Source of the DNA: Okeania sp.
Lineage (GTDB): Bacteria; Cyanobacteriota; Cyanobacteriia; Cyanobacteriales; Microcoleaceae
Assembly (NCBI RefSeq): GCF_035285525.1
Contig: NZ_JAYKGW010000244.1
Span: forward strand, 19,424 to 51,423
DNA: 32,000 bases
Direction of reading: 5' to 3'
The translations under genes were made by a program, and so were the position numbers. Within the stretch, counting starts at the first letter, position 1, and the number at the start of each line of letters is the position of its first letter. The notes beneath the pieces are model-generated. The model worked only from the letters and a program-made list of their open reading frames with translations. It searched no databases and was not told where the DNA came from. This document shows, piece by piece, positions 20,211-27,971 of this stretch.

Positions 20211-20941
20211 TAACCGTCGTTAGACCTATCCTCATATTGCTGACGACGTTTTTGTTGTCTACGTTTTGGTTGTCTTTCTTGAGCTTCGGCAATTTGTTCT
20301 TGACCAGGAATAATTTCTCCTTTAAATACCCAAATTTTAATACCAAGAATACCGTAAATTGTTTTTGCAGTACAATAGCAATAATCAATATCAGCTCTCA
20401 AGGTATGCAACGGTACACTACCTTCTCTAGTCACCTCAGTCCGAGCAATTTCTGCCCCATTTACTCTACCACTCACTTGTACCTTAATACCTTCTACACC
20501 AGCTTTTTGCGCTCTAGTTATAGCTTGACGTACAACTCTGCGAAAAGATACCCTTTTTTCTAGCTGTTGAGCAATGTATTCACCAATAAGCGTCGCATCA
20601 GTATCTACTTTTGTGACTTCAACAACATTGATTCTAATTTGACGGTTGGTATTCCCCAAAAGTTTTTGTAACCCAACTCTCAAAGCATCAATACCTGCAC
20701 CACCTCGACCAACTACTACACCTGGTCTAGCAGTGCTAACTTCTAAGTCTATTTGGTCTGCTTTTCTGTCAATCTTAATTCTAGAGATACCTGCACTTGC
20801 CAGATTTTCTCTTACATATTTACGAATTGTGTGGTCTTCTTGCAACAATTCTGGGTAGTTTCTAGCGTCAGCATACCAACAAGAACGATGCTCTTGGGTA
20901 ATACCTAGTCTAAAACCAATTGGATGTATTTTCTGTCCCAT
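20210..20941 (-). CDS. rpsC: 30S ribosomal protein S3
   Basis: 243 aa; [15 protein letters not shown]; basic Q/R-rich tail. Confidence 0.97.
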   Translation of the reverse strand: MGQKIHPIGFRLGITQEHRSCWYADARNYPELLQEDHTIRKYVRENLASAGISRIKIDRKADQIDLEVSTARPGVVVGRGGAGIDALRVGLQKLLGNTNRQIRINVVEVTKVDTDATLIGEYIAQQLEKRVSFRRVVRQAITRAQKAGVEGIKVQVSGRVNGAEIARTEVTREGSVPLHTLRADIDYCYCTAKTIYGILGIKIWVFKGEIIPGQEQIAEAQERQPKRRQQKRRQQYEDRSNDG

Positions 20942-20995
20942 TAAATTAGTCTTTATCGAATGTTTTAATCTAATTGATCAAATTTTTCAACTTAC

Positions 20996-21355
20996 TTAAT
21001 CATTAGCTACAGAAGCAACTGCCACTGTGATATGACAAGTAGGCTTACGAATTTTGTAAGCACGACCTTGAGCGCGGGGTCGATAACGTGGTAAACAAGG
21101 TCCTTGGTCAGCAAAAGCTGTAGATATAACTAGGGTTGTTGGGTCTAGTCCTTCGTTATGCTCGGCATTTGCTGCTGCGGAACGCAATACTTTCAGAATT
21201 GGACTACAAGCTCGGTATGGCATAAATTCCAGAATAATTAATGCTTCCCGGTAAGAAATACCTCGAATTTGGTCAAGCACCCGCCGCGCTTTAAACGGAG
21301 ACATTCTGATATAACGAGCTATTGCTTTTACTTCTTTACTGGTATATTCAGGCAT
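20996..21355 (-). CDS. rplV: 50S ribosomal protein L22
   Basis: 119 aa; [22 protein letters not shown]. Confidence 0.97.
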   Translation of the reverse strand: MPEYTSKEVKAIARYIRMSPFKARRVLDQIRGISYREALIILEFMPYRACSPILKVLRSAAANAEHNEGLDPTTLVISTAFADQGPCLPRYRPRAQGRAYKIRKPTCHITVAVASVAND

Positions 21356-21377
21356 ACCCTATCTCCACTTAATCTAT

Positions 21378-21653
21378 TTATCTTTTTGATTTTTTGTCGC
21401 TACCGTGACCCCGATATGTTCTGGTTAGTGCAAATTCACCTAATTTGTGACCTACCATTTGATCGGAGATGAAAACGGGAACGTGCTGACGTCCATTGTG
21501 TACAGCGATCGTATGACCCACCATATCAGGAATAATAGTTGAAGCTCTTGACCAAGTTTTAACCACCTGTTTTTGGTTCTTAGCGTTTAAAGCTTCTATT
21601 TTTTTCATCAGACTATCCGCAATGAATGGTCCTTTTTTTAATGAACGAGACAT
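21378..21653 (-). CDS. rpsS: 30S ribosomal protein S19
   Basis: 91 aa; [20 protein letters not shown] ... [11 protein letters not shown]. Confidence 0.98.
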   Translation of the reverse strand: MSRSLKKGPFIADSLMKKIEALNAKNQKQVVKTWSRASTIIPDMVGHTIAVHNGRQHVPVFISDQMVGHKLGEFALTRTYRGHGSDKKSKR

Positions 21654-21700
21654 AATTCAATTTATGGTTAATTTAGTACGATTAAAATTCCAGAACTAAA

Positions 21701-21728
21701 GCTGACTGCTGAAAGCTATCCGCTTCTG
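21701..21728. repeat. Heptamer array GCTGACT-GCTGAAA-GCTATCC-GCTTCTG, 5 nt from the rplB stop
   Basis: Read directly. Confidence 0.75.
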
Positions 21729-21733
21729 ATGTT

Positions 21734-22597
21734 TTAACTTTGACGACCACCTTTGCCTCGTTTAGAGGATTTACGCCGACGTTGTACGATTAAAGCATCA
21801 CTCTGTTTTTTCTTCTTACGGGTCTTCATACCCAATGCTGGTTTACCCCAAGGGGTAACTGGTCCGCTTCTACCAACTGGTGCGCGACCTTCACCACCAC
21901 CATGGGGGTGATCCACTGGGTTCATCACACTACCTCTAACTGTTGGTCTTTTCCCTTTCCAGCGGTTACGACCTGCTTTACCGATACTAATATTCCGATG
22001 TTCAATGTTGCCTATTTGACCTAGGGTTGCGTAGCAACTTGCTCGGATTTTACGTCGTTCACCAGAGGGAAGTTTGAGTGTTACATACTCTCCTTCTTTG
22101 GCTACTACTTGAGCTACAGCTCCAGCAGAACGCGCCATTTGTCCGCCTTTACCAGGAACGAGTTCTATATTATGAACATCTGTACCTAGAGGAATTTGAC
22201 TTAGAGGTAAAGCGTTTCCAACTTCCAGGGGAGCGTTCACTCCAGATATAATTATTGTGCCAATTTCTAATCCCACAGGATGCAGAATATAGCGTTTTTC
22301 TCCATCTTGATAATGCAGAAGTGCTATTCTAGCGTTACGGTTGGGGTCATATTCTATTGCTGCTACTTTAGCGGGAATATTATGTTTATTACGATGGAAG
22401 TCGATAACACGATATAATCTTTTAGTACCACCACCTCGGTGACGGCAGGTGATTACCCCACGGTTATTACGACCCTTTTTCCTATGTTTGAATTTAACCA
22501 GAGATTTTTCTGGTTTCGAGCGAGTTATTTCCGCGAAGTCGGAAACACTATGTTCTCGGGTACTTGCAGTATAGGGTCGGTAAGAACGAATACCCAT
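21734..22597 (-). CDS. rplB: 50S ribosomal protein L2
   Basis: 287 aa; [15 protein letters not shown] motif. Confidence 0.98.
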   Translation of the reverse strand: MGIRSYRPYTASTREHSVSDFAEITRSKPEKSLVKFKHRKKGRNNRGVITCRHRGGGTKRLYRVIDFHRNKHNIPAKVAAIEYDPNRNARIALLHYQDGEKRYILHPVGLEIGTIIISGVNAPLEVGNALPLSQIPLGTDVHNIELVPGKGGQMARSAGAVAQVVAKEGEYVTLKLPSGERRKIRASCYATLGQIGNIEHRNISIGKAGRNRWKGKRPTVRGSVMNPVDHPHGGGEGRAPVGRSGPVTPWGKPALGMKTRKKKKQSDALIVQRRRKSSKRGKGGRQS

Positions 22598-22732
22598 AAT
22601 TTTTTGCTCTACGTTCAGTATATTTTACAATAAGCTTTCGGCTACTAGCATTCAGCTTGTGGATGAAATTTTTGAGGAACAGAGTATTGTGTAGTCAGAA
22701 GGAATATACATCAAAGTAGGAAAAAGATTGAA

Positions 22733-22777
22733 CTTCCCACCCTTCCCACCCTTCCCACCCTTCCCACACTTCCCACA
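22733..22777. repeat. Nonamer array CTTCCCACC x3 plus CTTCCCACA x2 (G3 tracts on the mRNA strand)
   Basis: Read directly, in the rplW-rplB spacer. Confidence 0.9.
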
Positions 22778-22813
22778 CTCTCCATCTCTAAAAAAGTATA
22801 TCCCCAATGGATT

Positions 22814-23119
22814 TTACAGATCAGGGAACAGAACTTTTCTAATTGGTTCCCCATCTTCTAGAGTCACAATAGCTCTTTTATATCTAGGTTTAAAACCCAT
22901 AAATTTGCCTACTCGGCGTTTTTTTCTTGGTAAATTTAAAGTATTGATACCTATTACTTTTACCTCAAATACTTGCTCAATGACCTCTTTAATCATTGGC
23001 TTAGTTGCCCTTGGGTCTACATCAAATGTATATTGATTTAGTTCCATTAACATAGTAGCTTTTTCGGTAATAACTGGGTTTTTGATGATATCTACTAAGT
23101 CTCGTGAATCAAGTTTCAT
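22814..23119 (-). CDS. rplW: 50S ribosomal protein L23 (start re-assigned to the internal ATG)
   Basis: The track ORF starts at 23164, but the L23 homology begins at [22 protein letters not shown] (ATG at 23119). A GGAGG lies about 9 nt upstream. That start overlaps the rplD 3' end by 11 nt (ATGAAACTTGA). Confidence 0.93.
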   Translation of the reverse strand: MKLDSRDLVDIIKNPVITEKATMLMELNQYTFDVDPRATKPMIKEVIEQVFEVKVIGINTLNLPRKKRRVGKFMGFKPRYKRAIVTLEDGEPIRKVLFPDL

Positions 23120-23747
23120 TTCCGTAGACCTCCTGAATTTTGGCAATTGCGGTTGCAGTTGCAATAATTTTGTCTGCTTCTAGAATGTCGTAAATATTCA
23201 AGTTGGTGGCTAGAGTTATTTTGAGCTTGGCAATGTTACGACCAGACAAATAAACATTCTCTTGTTTTTCTGGTAAAACCAACAGGACTTTTGCCTCTGG
23301 TTCTACTCCCCAGCGAGCGATCGCTTCTACCAAATCTTTGGTTTTTGGTTTAGCAAATTGTTCGGCAAATTCTTCTATTACAATTAACTCTTCTGAGCGA
23401 CTTTGGAAAGCAGTGCTTAATGCTAGACGTTTTTCCTTACGGTTCATTTTGTGGGAATAGTCTCTTGGTTTCGGACCAAAAATTACACCACCACCACGCC
23501 ATAGGGGAGAACGTATTGAACCTGCTCTGGCTCTACCTGTTCCTTTTTGTCGCCAAGGTTTGCGACCACCACCTCTAACTTCCGATCTGGTTTTAGTGCT
23601 AGCTGTTCCCTGGCGGTTATTTGCCATTTGTAGTCTTAAAGACCTGTGAACAACATGAGCTGCACTTTCTTCTTTTGCTACTCGTAAGTTGAGAGTTGTT
23701 TGTCCTACTTCTTCACCTTGCCAGTTTTTGATGACACAATCAACCAT
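23109..23747 (-). CDS. rplD: 50S ribosomal protein L4
   Basis: 212 aa; [19 protein letters not shown] motif. Confidence 0.97.
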   Translation of the reverse strand: MVDCVIKNWQGEEVGQTTLNLRVAKEESAAHVVHRSLRLQMANNRQGTASTKTRSEVRGGGRKPWRQKGTGRARAGSIRSPLWRGGGVIFGPKPRDYSHKMNRKEKRLALSTAFQSRSEELIVIEEFAEQFAKPKTKDLVEAIARWGVEPEAKVLLVLPEKQENVYLSGRNIAKLKITLATNLNIYDILEADKIIATATAIAKIQEVYGNET

Positions 23748-23833
23748 CTTTCTTTCTCAAAGATTTTTTCTATTTTTTACTGTAAGCATTCAAAAGCCTT
23801 CTTTAAATCCTAGTCCTCAAGTTAGGTCTTCTT

Positions 23834-23868
23834 GCTGATAGCTGACAGCTAATAGCTAAATGCTTACT
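23834..23868. repeat. Heptamer array GCTGATA-GCTGACA-GCTAATA-GCTAAAT-GCTTACT enclosing the rplC stop codon
   Basis: Read directly. The TAA stop (23864-23866, minus strand) lies inside the last unit. Confidence 0.85.
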
Positions 23869-24547
23869 TTTGACCTACTATGTTTGCTGGTGTAACACTA
23901 ATTAATGTACCTGGTTTGCCAGGAATACTTCCTTTGATTAGCAATAAGTTACGTTCGGTATCTATTCTCACTACTTTGAGTTTTCTAGTAGTGACTCGCA
24001 CATTTCCTAACTGACCTGCCATTTTCTTTCCTGGATACACACGGCCTGGAGTTGTTCCCGGACCTGTGGAACCTGGTAAACGGTGGTTTTTGGAACCGTG
24101 TGCCATTGGTCCACGTCTAAAGTTATGACGTTTCTGATAACCAGCAAAACCTTTACCGATGCTTTTTCCGGTAACGTCAACCAGTTGACCTGCTTCAAAT
24201 AAGTCAACTTTTATTTGTTGACCTAGTTCAAAGTTCCCTGTGTTGTCTACTCTGTATTCTCGTAGATGACGCAAAGGAATACCACCTGATTTAACCAAGT
24301 GACCTTGTTCGGGACTGGTTAAATATTTGTTGACTTCTTTTGGTTCTTTTGTGTTTAGTTTACGGGTTTTATTTTTGGCTTCACCATATCCAATTTGAAC
24401 AGCAGTGTAACCATCTGTCTGTTCTGTTTTGATTTGGGTAACTATACATGGACCAGCTTGAACGACTGTTACTGGAATTGCTTTTCCGGTGTCAGCTTCA
24501 AATACTTGTGTCATGCCTAGTTTTGTGCCAAGGATACCAACTGCCAC
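23864..24547 (-). CDS. rplC: 50S ribosomal protein L3
   Basis: 227 aa; GTG start preceded by AAAGGAG; [14 protein letters not shown]. First gene of the cluster; no rpsJ upstream, as in cyanobacteria. Confidence 0.97.
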   Translation of the reverse strand: MAVGILGTKLGMTQVFEADTGKAIPVTVVQAGPCIVTQIKTEQTDGYTAVQIGYGEAKNKTRKLNTKEPKEVNKYLTSPEQGHLVKSGGIPLRHLREYRVDNTGNFELGQQIKVDLFEAGQLVDVTGKSIGKGFAGYQKRHNFRRGPMAHGSKNHRLPGSTGPGTTPGRVYPGKKMAGQLGNVRVTTRKLKVVRIDTERNLLLIKGSIPGKPGTLISVTPANIVGQK

Positions 24548-24593
24548 TGTCGCTCTCCTTTACTCTTTATGCACTACTAATGATTAGTTAAAA

Positions 24594-24622
24594 TTTATAG
24601 ATATATTACTGGAATCATGCAA
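24594..24622 (-). promoter_or_regulatory. Candidate sigma70-type promoter for the rplC operon
   Basis: Minus strand: TTGCAT (24617-24622), 17-nt spacer, TATAAA (24594-24599), about 45-50 nt upstream of the GTG start. Pattern match only. Confidence 0.3.
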
Positions 24623-24639
24623 AGATACTATATCTAGGT

Positions 24640-24887
24640 GTAGGTTGGGTTGAGGTACGAAACCAAACAAAAATCTTTCTCTCCTAGGGACTTTGCATGC
24701 AACATCCCTATTGACTAATGCACTATTTTAGATGAAACAATGCAGTAGGGTGCGTTTCCCTGTGCGACATGAAAAGTGAAACAATACAGTAGTGGACTGT
24801 TTCATCTCAAAATGTAGGTTAGGTATACGACAGTGAAACCAAACAAAGCTTTGTTGGGGTTGGGTTTTGTGCCTCAACCCAACCTAC
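24640..24887. mobile_element. Composite/nested repeat bounded by perfect 16-bp inverted repeats GTAGGTTGGGTTGAGG / CCTCAACCCAACCTAC
   Basis: The arms lie at 24640-24655 and 24872-24887. The interior holds a second GTAGGTTAGG arm (24815) and a 24-bp hairpin insertion absent from the paralogous copy at 1924. Confidence 0.65.
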
Positions 24888-25672
24888 GTCCTAATGCACC
24901 AACAACCTAATATTTAGTGCCTTTGTCTAATTCCTGGATATATTATTAATACAGACTATTTATAGAGATTATTATCTCAACTTAAGCTATATCGAATCTA
25001 CTAATATCCAATATTTTAGGGAGTTTGGCAGCCAAAACCTGTTATTTGGGTTAGAGTTCCTGCCAATCCTGACGGTGGAATCTTCATTCATATCAAATCC
25101 GCTGGCTTTGGATAATAAGGTTCTACCAGTTAATATTGGTAGTATTGGCGAAAATTCTTAGATTTTACAGGGTTTGGAGACCAAACCCCTACGGTCTTTA
25201 ATTCTACCGATACTACTGAATTTGATATGGCGCTTCTAAATGATTTGTGTAAAAAACTATAGGGGTTTAGTTTAGATATCCAATTTTGACTTGGGTTTCG
25301 ATGCTAAACCTCTACGAGAAAATTTCACAAGCCATTCAGAACCGCAATATTCATTCATTGCAGGCAGAAGGTCTGCGCTTACAAGCCAGATAAACAGGCA
25401 AGATGCCTGTGTTACTTTTGCCAGGTTAATTTACAGGTAGGATGCCCGTGCTACTCTTTGAATTTATCTGATGATGATTCCGTGGTCGCCAGGACTTGAT
25501 TAGCAAGCTAATCAGTATCCATTTTATCGCTTTCCTAATACCCACCAACTGAATATTAAGGCCAAATTATTTTTTTTCAGCGACAATATCCTATATTACA
25601 GTATTTACTCAGACTTGTCTAGAGGTAAAAATAATTTTTTGAGAATTTGCTAGAAATACAATCATCTTGGAT

Positions 25673-25703
25673 TTGACGAACTATAATGTAGACCAAGTAT
25701 AAT
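25673..25703 (+). promoter_or_regulatory. Candidate ndhN promoter region
   Basis: TTGACG (25673-25678) and two perfect TATAAT hexamers (25682-25687, 25698-25703). The spacing to the second is 19 nt, which is suboptimal. The ATG is at 25739. Confidence 0.3.
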
Positions 25704-25738
25704 CAGCTAGGATCAAAGAATTAGGGAAAAGATTAAGC

Positions 25739-26215
25739 ATGGCACTGATTACAACTGGTGGAGGACTGATTCGGGATTTAGAGAAGTCTGGAGCTTTAGC
25801 CGTTTATGCTCCTTTAGAAGGAGGATTTGAAGGACGCTATCAACGTCGTTTAAGGGCTTCTGGCTATGTCACTCATAATATTACGGCCAGAGGATTAGGA
25901 GATTTGGCCATGTATCTCACGGGAGTGCATGGGGTTAGACCTCCTCACTTGGGTAAGAAAACTGTGCCCAATGGCGCAGCGGTTGGGTATGTCTACTATG
26001 TCCCACCAATTGTGAGTTATAAGTTAGATCATTTACCACCCAAGGCTAAGGGTTTAGTTCTGTGGATTATAGAAGGCCAGATTCTATCTAGTCAAGAAAT
26101 TGAGTATTTAACTACCTTGCCTAAGTCGGAACCACGGGTCAAGGTAATTGTGGAAATGGGTGGTGATCGCTTCTTTAGGTGGACACCGCTCCCAAATACT
26201 TTAGTCCCTGCTTAA
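25739..26215 (+). CDS. ndhN: NAD(P)H-quinone oxidoreductase (NDH-1) subunit N
   Basis: 158 aa; MALITTGGGLIRDLEKSGALAVYAPLEGGFEGRYQRRLRASGY matches cyanobacterial NdhN as I recall it. Confidence 0.92.
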   Translation: MALITTGGGLIRDLEKSGALAVYAPLEGGFEGRYQRRLRASGYVTHNITARGLGDLAMYLTGVHGVRPPHLGKKTVPNGAAVGYVYYVPPIVSYKLDHLPPKAKGLVLWIIEGQILSSQEIEYLTTLPKSEPRVKVIVEMGGDRFFRWTPLPNTLVPA

Positions 26216-26240
26216 AAGTTTTCTCGGAAAAACTTTTTTT
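26215..26240 (+). terminator. Weak Rho-independent terminator candidate after ndhN
   Basis: AAAGTTTTC-tcg-GAAAAACTTT hairpin running into T7 immediately after the TAA stop. The stem is AU-rich and therefore weak. Confidence 0.4.
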
Positions 26241-26487
26241 GCAGATTAGGGATAAAACTGGTCTGCCCATCGCAACATAACACTGAGCTGCCTTGGGAAC
26301 CAAGATAGCTATATAAGTATTTATGAAGATTGGAAACTACTAGAAATTCTAGGTATGTCCAATCGACAATTTGTCTAATGAGGTATTAGCGGGTGAGGGA
26401 CTAAACTTTAACTATAACACAACTTTGTTGAGGGACTTCACCGCGATACATCAAATTTTTTTTTAAGCTCAAAACTACTAGATAAGC

Positions 26488-27702
26488 TTGAGAGAACGCT
26501 ACTATCCTTTAAAATCTTTGACAGAAGGCCATTGGTTTAAGTTGATCTGTGGTGCGAGTTTTCAACACCTGCCCACGGTGAGAAATTTAACGTTGGCTTA
26601 CACTTTGGCAGGGGCAGATTGTATTGATGTGGCTGCAGACCCGGCGGCGATCGCTGCGGTAAAAGAAGCTCTGGATGTCGCATCTAAGCTCAGACCTTGG
26701 GCAAGATATCAGGAGTTTGGCTATCAAGGAAGGCCATTAATCATGGCCAGTATTAATGATGGAGAAGACCCTCATTTTCGCAAGGCTGAGTTTGACCCGA
26801 CTATTTGCCCCACAGACTGTTGGCGACCTTGTGAGAAGGTATGTCCGGCAGATGCGATAGTTTTTTCTAATAATAAAAATGGTGTAACTTCTGGCTATTC
26901 GGGAGTTGTAGATGAACTTTGCTACGGTTGTGGCAGGTGTTTGTCTGTATGTCCTAATGAACTAATACAGGCTCGTTCTTATGTTTCTACTCCTAGTTCT
27001 ATTGCTTCATTGGTTTTACAGACTGGTGTGGATGGGATAGAAATTCATACTCAAGTGGGGAGAGAAAGTGATTTTCAGCGACTCTGGAAAAGTATAAAGC
27101 CTTGGTTACATCAATTAAAGCTGATTGCTATTAGTTGTCAGGATGGAGAGGGGTTAATAAAATATTTACACAATTTGTATGAAATTATTTCTCCTCTTCC
27201 CTGTACTCTAATTTGGCAAACTGATGGTAGACCAATGAGTGGTGATATCGGTCTAGGTACTACTGCAGCTAGTATTAAATTAAGTCAAAAAGTTTTAGAA
27301 GCAAAATTACCAGGTTATGTACAACTAGCTGGTGGTACAAATAATTATACTGTAGCCAAGTTAATGGCTGCGGGTTTGCTAGCAAATAAAAATCAGGAAG
27401 CAGATCGAGACGCTTTCAATAACTTAAATAATTCGATTTCACGAAATAAATTTGTTGCTGGTGTAGCTTATGGAAGCTATGCTCGTGTTCTGTTGTCACC
27501 AATTTTAGAAAAATTAGAAAAAATGCACAAATCACAACTACAGGCGATCGAATTTGCTTGTTGTACCGCTGATGTAGTGGTAAAAAAGGTTGATCGCAAC
27601 CAAGAGAAAAATTTTCCACTAACGAAGTTAGAGAATGTACCAGAGATTCTCTGGGAAACTGTGAGTTTAGCTAGTTCTCTGGTTTCCCAAATTAAACAAT
27701 AA
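26488..27702 (+). CDS. ldpA: LdpA-like iron-sulfur protein (4Fe-4S ferredoxin-type; circadian input, light-dependent period A family)
   Basis: 404 aa; N-terminal GHWFKLICGASFQHLP...LAGADCIDVAADP block plus two cysteine clusters, CPTDCWRPCEKVCP and CYGCGRCLSVCP. The TTG start is taken from the track and is uncertain. Confidence 0.75.
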   Translation: MRERYYPLKSLTEGHWFKLICGASFQHLPTVRNLTLAYTLAGADCIDVAADPAAIAAVKEALDVASKLRPWARYQEFGYQGRPLIMASINDGEDPHFRKAEFDPTICPTDCWRPCEKVCPADAIVFSNNKNGVTSGYSGVVDELCYGCGRCLSVCPNELIQARSYVSTPSSIASLVLQTGVDGIEIHTQVGRESDFQRLWKSIKPWLHQLKLIAISCQDGEGLIKYLHNLYEIISPLPCTLIWQTDGRPMSGDIGLGTTAASIKLSQKVLEAKLPGYVQLAGGTNNYTVAKLMAAGLLANKNQEADRDAFNNLNNSISRNKFVAGVAYGSYARVLLSPILEKLEKMHKSQLQAIEFACCTADVVVKKVDRNQEKNFPLTKLENVPEILWETVSLASSLVSQIKQ

Positions 27703-27725
27703 TTGATAATGGGTTTAATAATTAT

Positions 27726-27878
27726 AGGACTAAAGCCATGAACGCTGTTGGTAGGGTGTGTTTTGCGTTCCGCAAAGCTCCGCTTTATATGTCAGCTCAA
27801 GCGCCGAAACGCTACGCGACATGTAAAGCTGATCTCGTAACGCACCGAGACTATATATAGTGGCTTTGCGTAAGTCCT
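27726..27878. mobile_element. AGGACT-family MITE-like element (longest copy), ldpA-ycf45 spacer
   Basis: AGGACTAAAGCCATGAACGCTGTTGGTAGGGTG ... GAGACTATATATAGTGGCTTTGCGTAAGTCCT. Confidence 0.7.
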
Positions 27879-27894
27879 GAATTAGTAATTAACA

Positions 27895-27964
27895 ATAGAT
27901 AATTGATAATTATTAATTATCCATTATCCATTATCAATTATTCATTATCCATTATTAATTATGT
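27895..27964. repeat. Ten-unit heptamer array, consensus ATTATCC, ending 7 nt before the ycf45 ATG
   Basis: ATAGATA ATTGATA ATTATTA ATTATCC ATTATCC ATTATCA ATTATTC ATTATCC ATTATTA ATTATGT, read in phase. Confidence 0.9.
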
Positions 27965-27971
27965 AGAAAAT

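Noticed and set aside
27416-27619. 67-aa minus-strand ORF
   Set aside because: It is antisense within the ldpA-like CDS, with no recognisable product.
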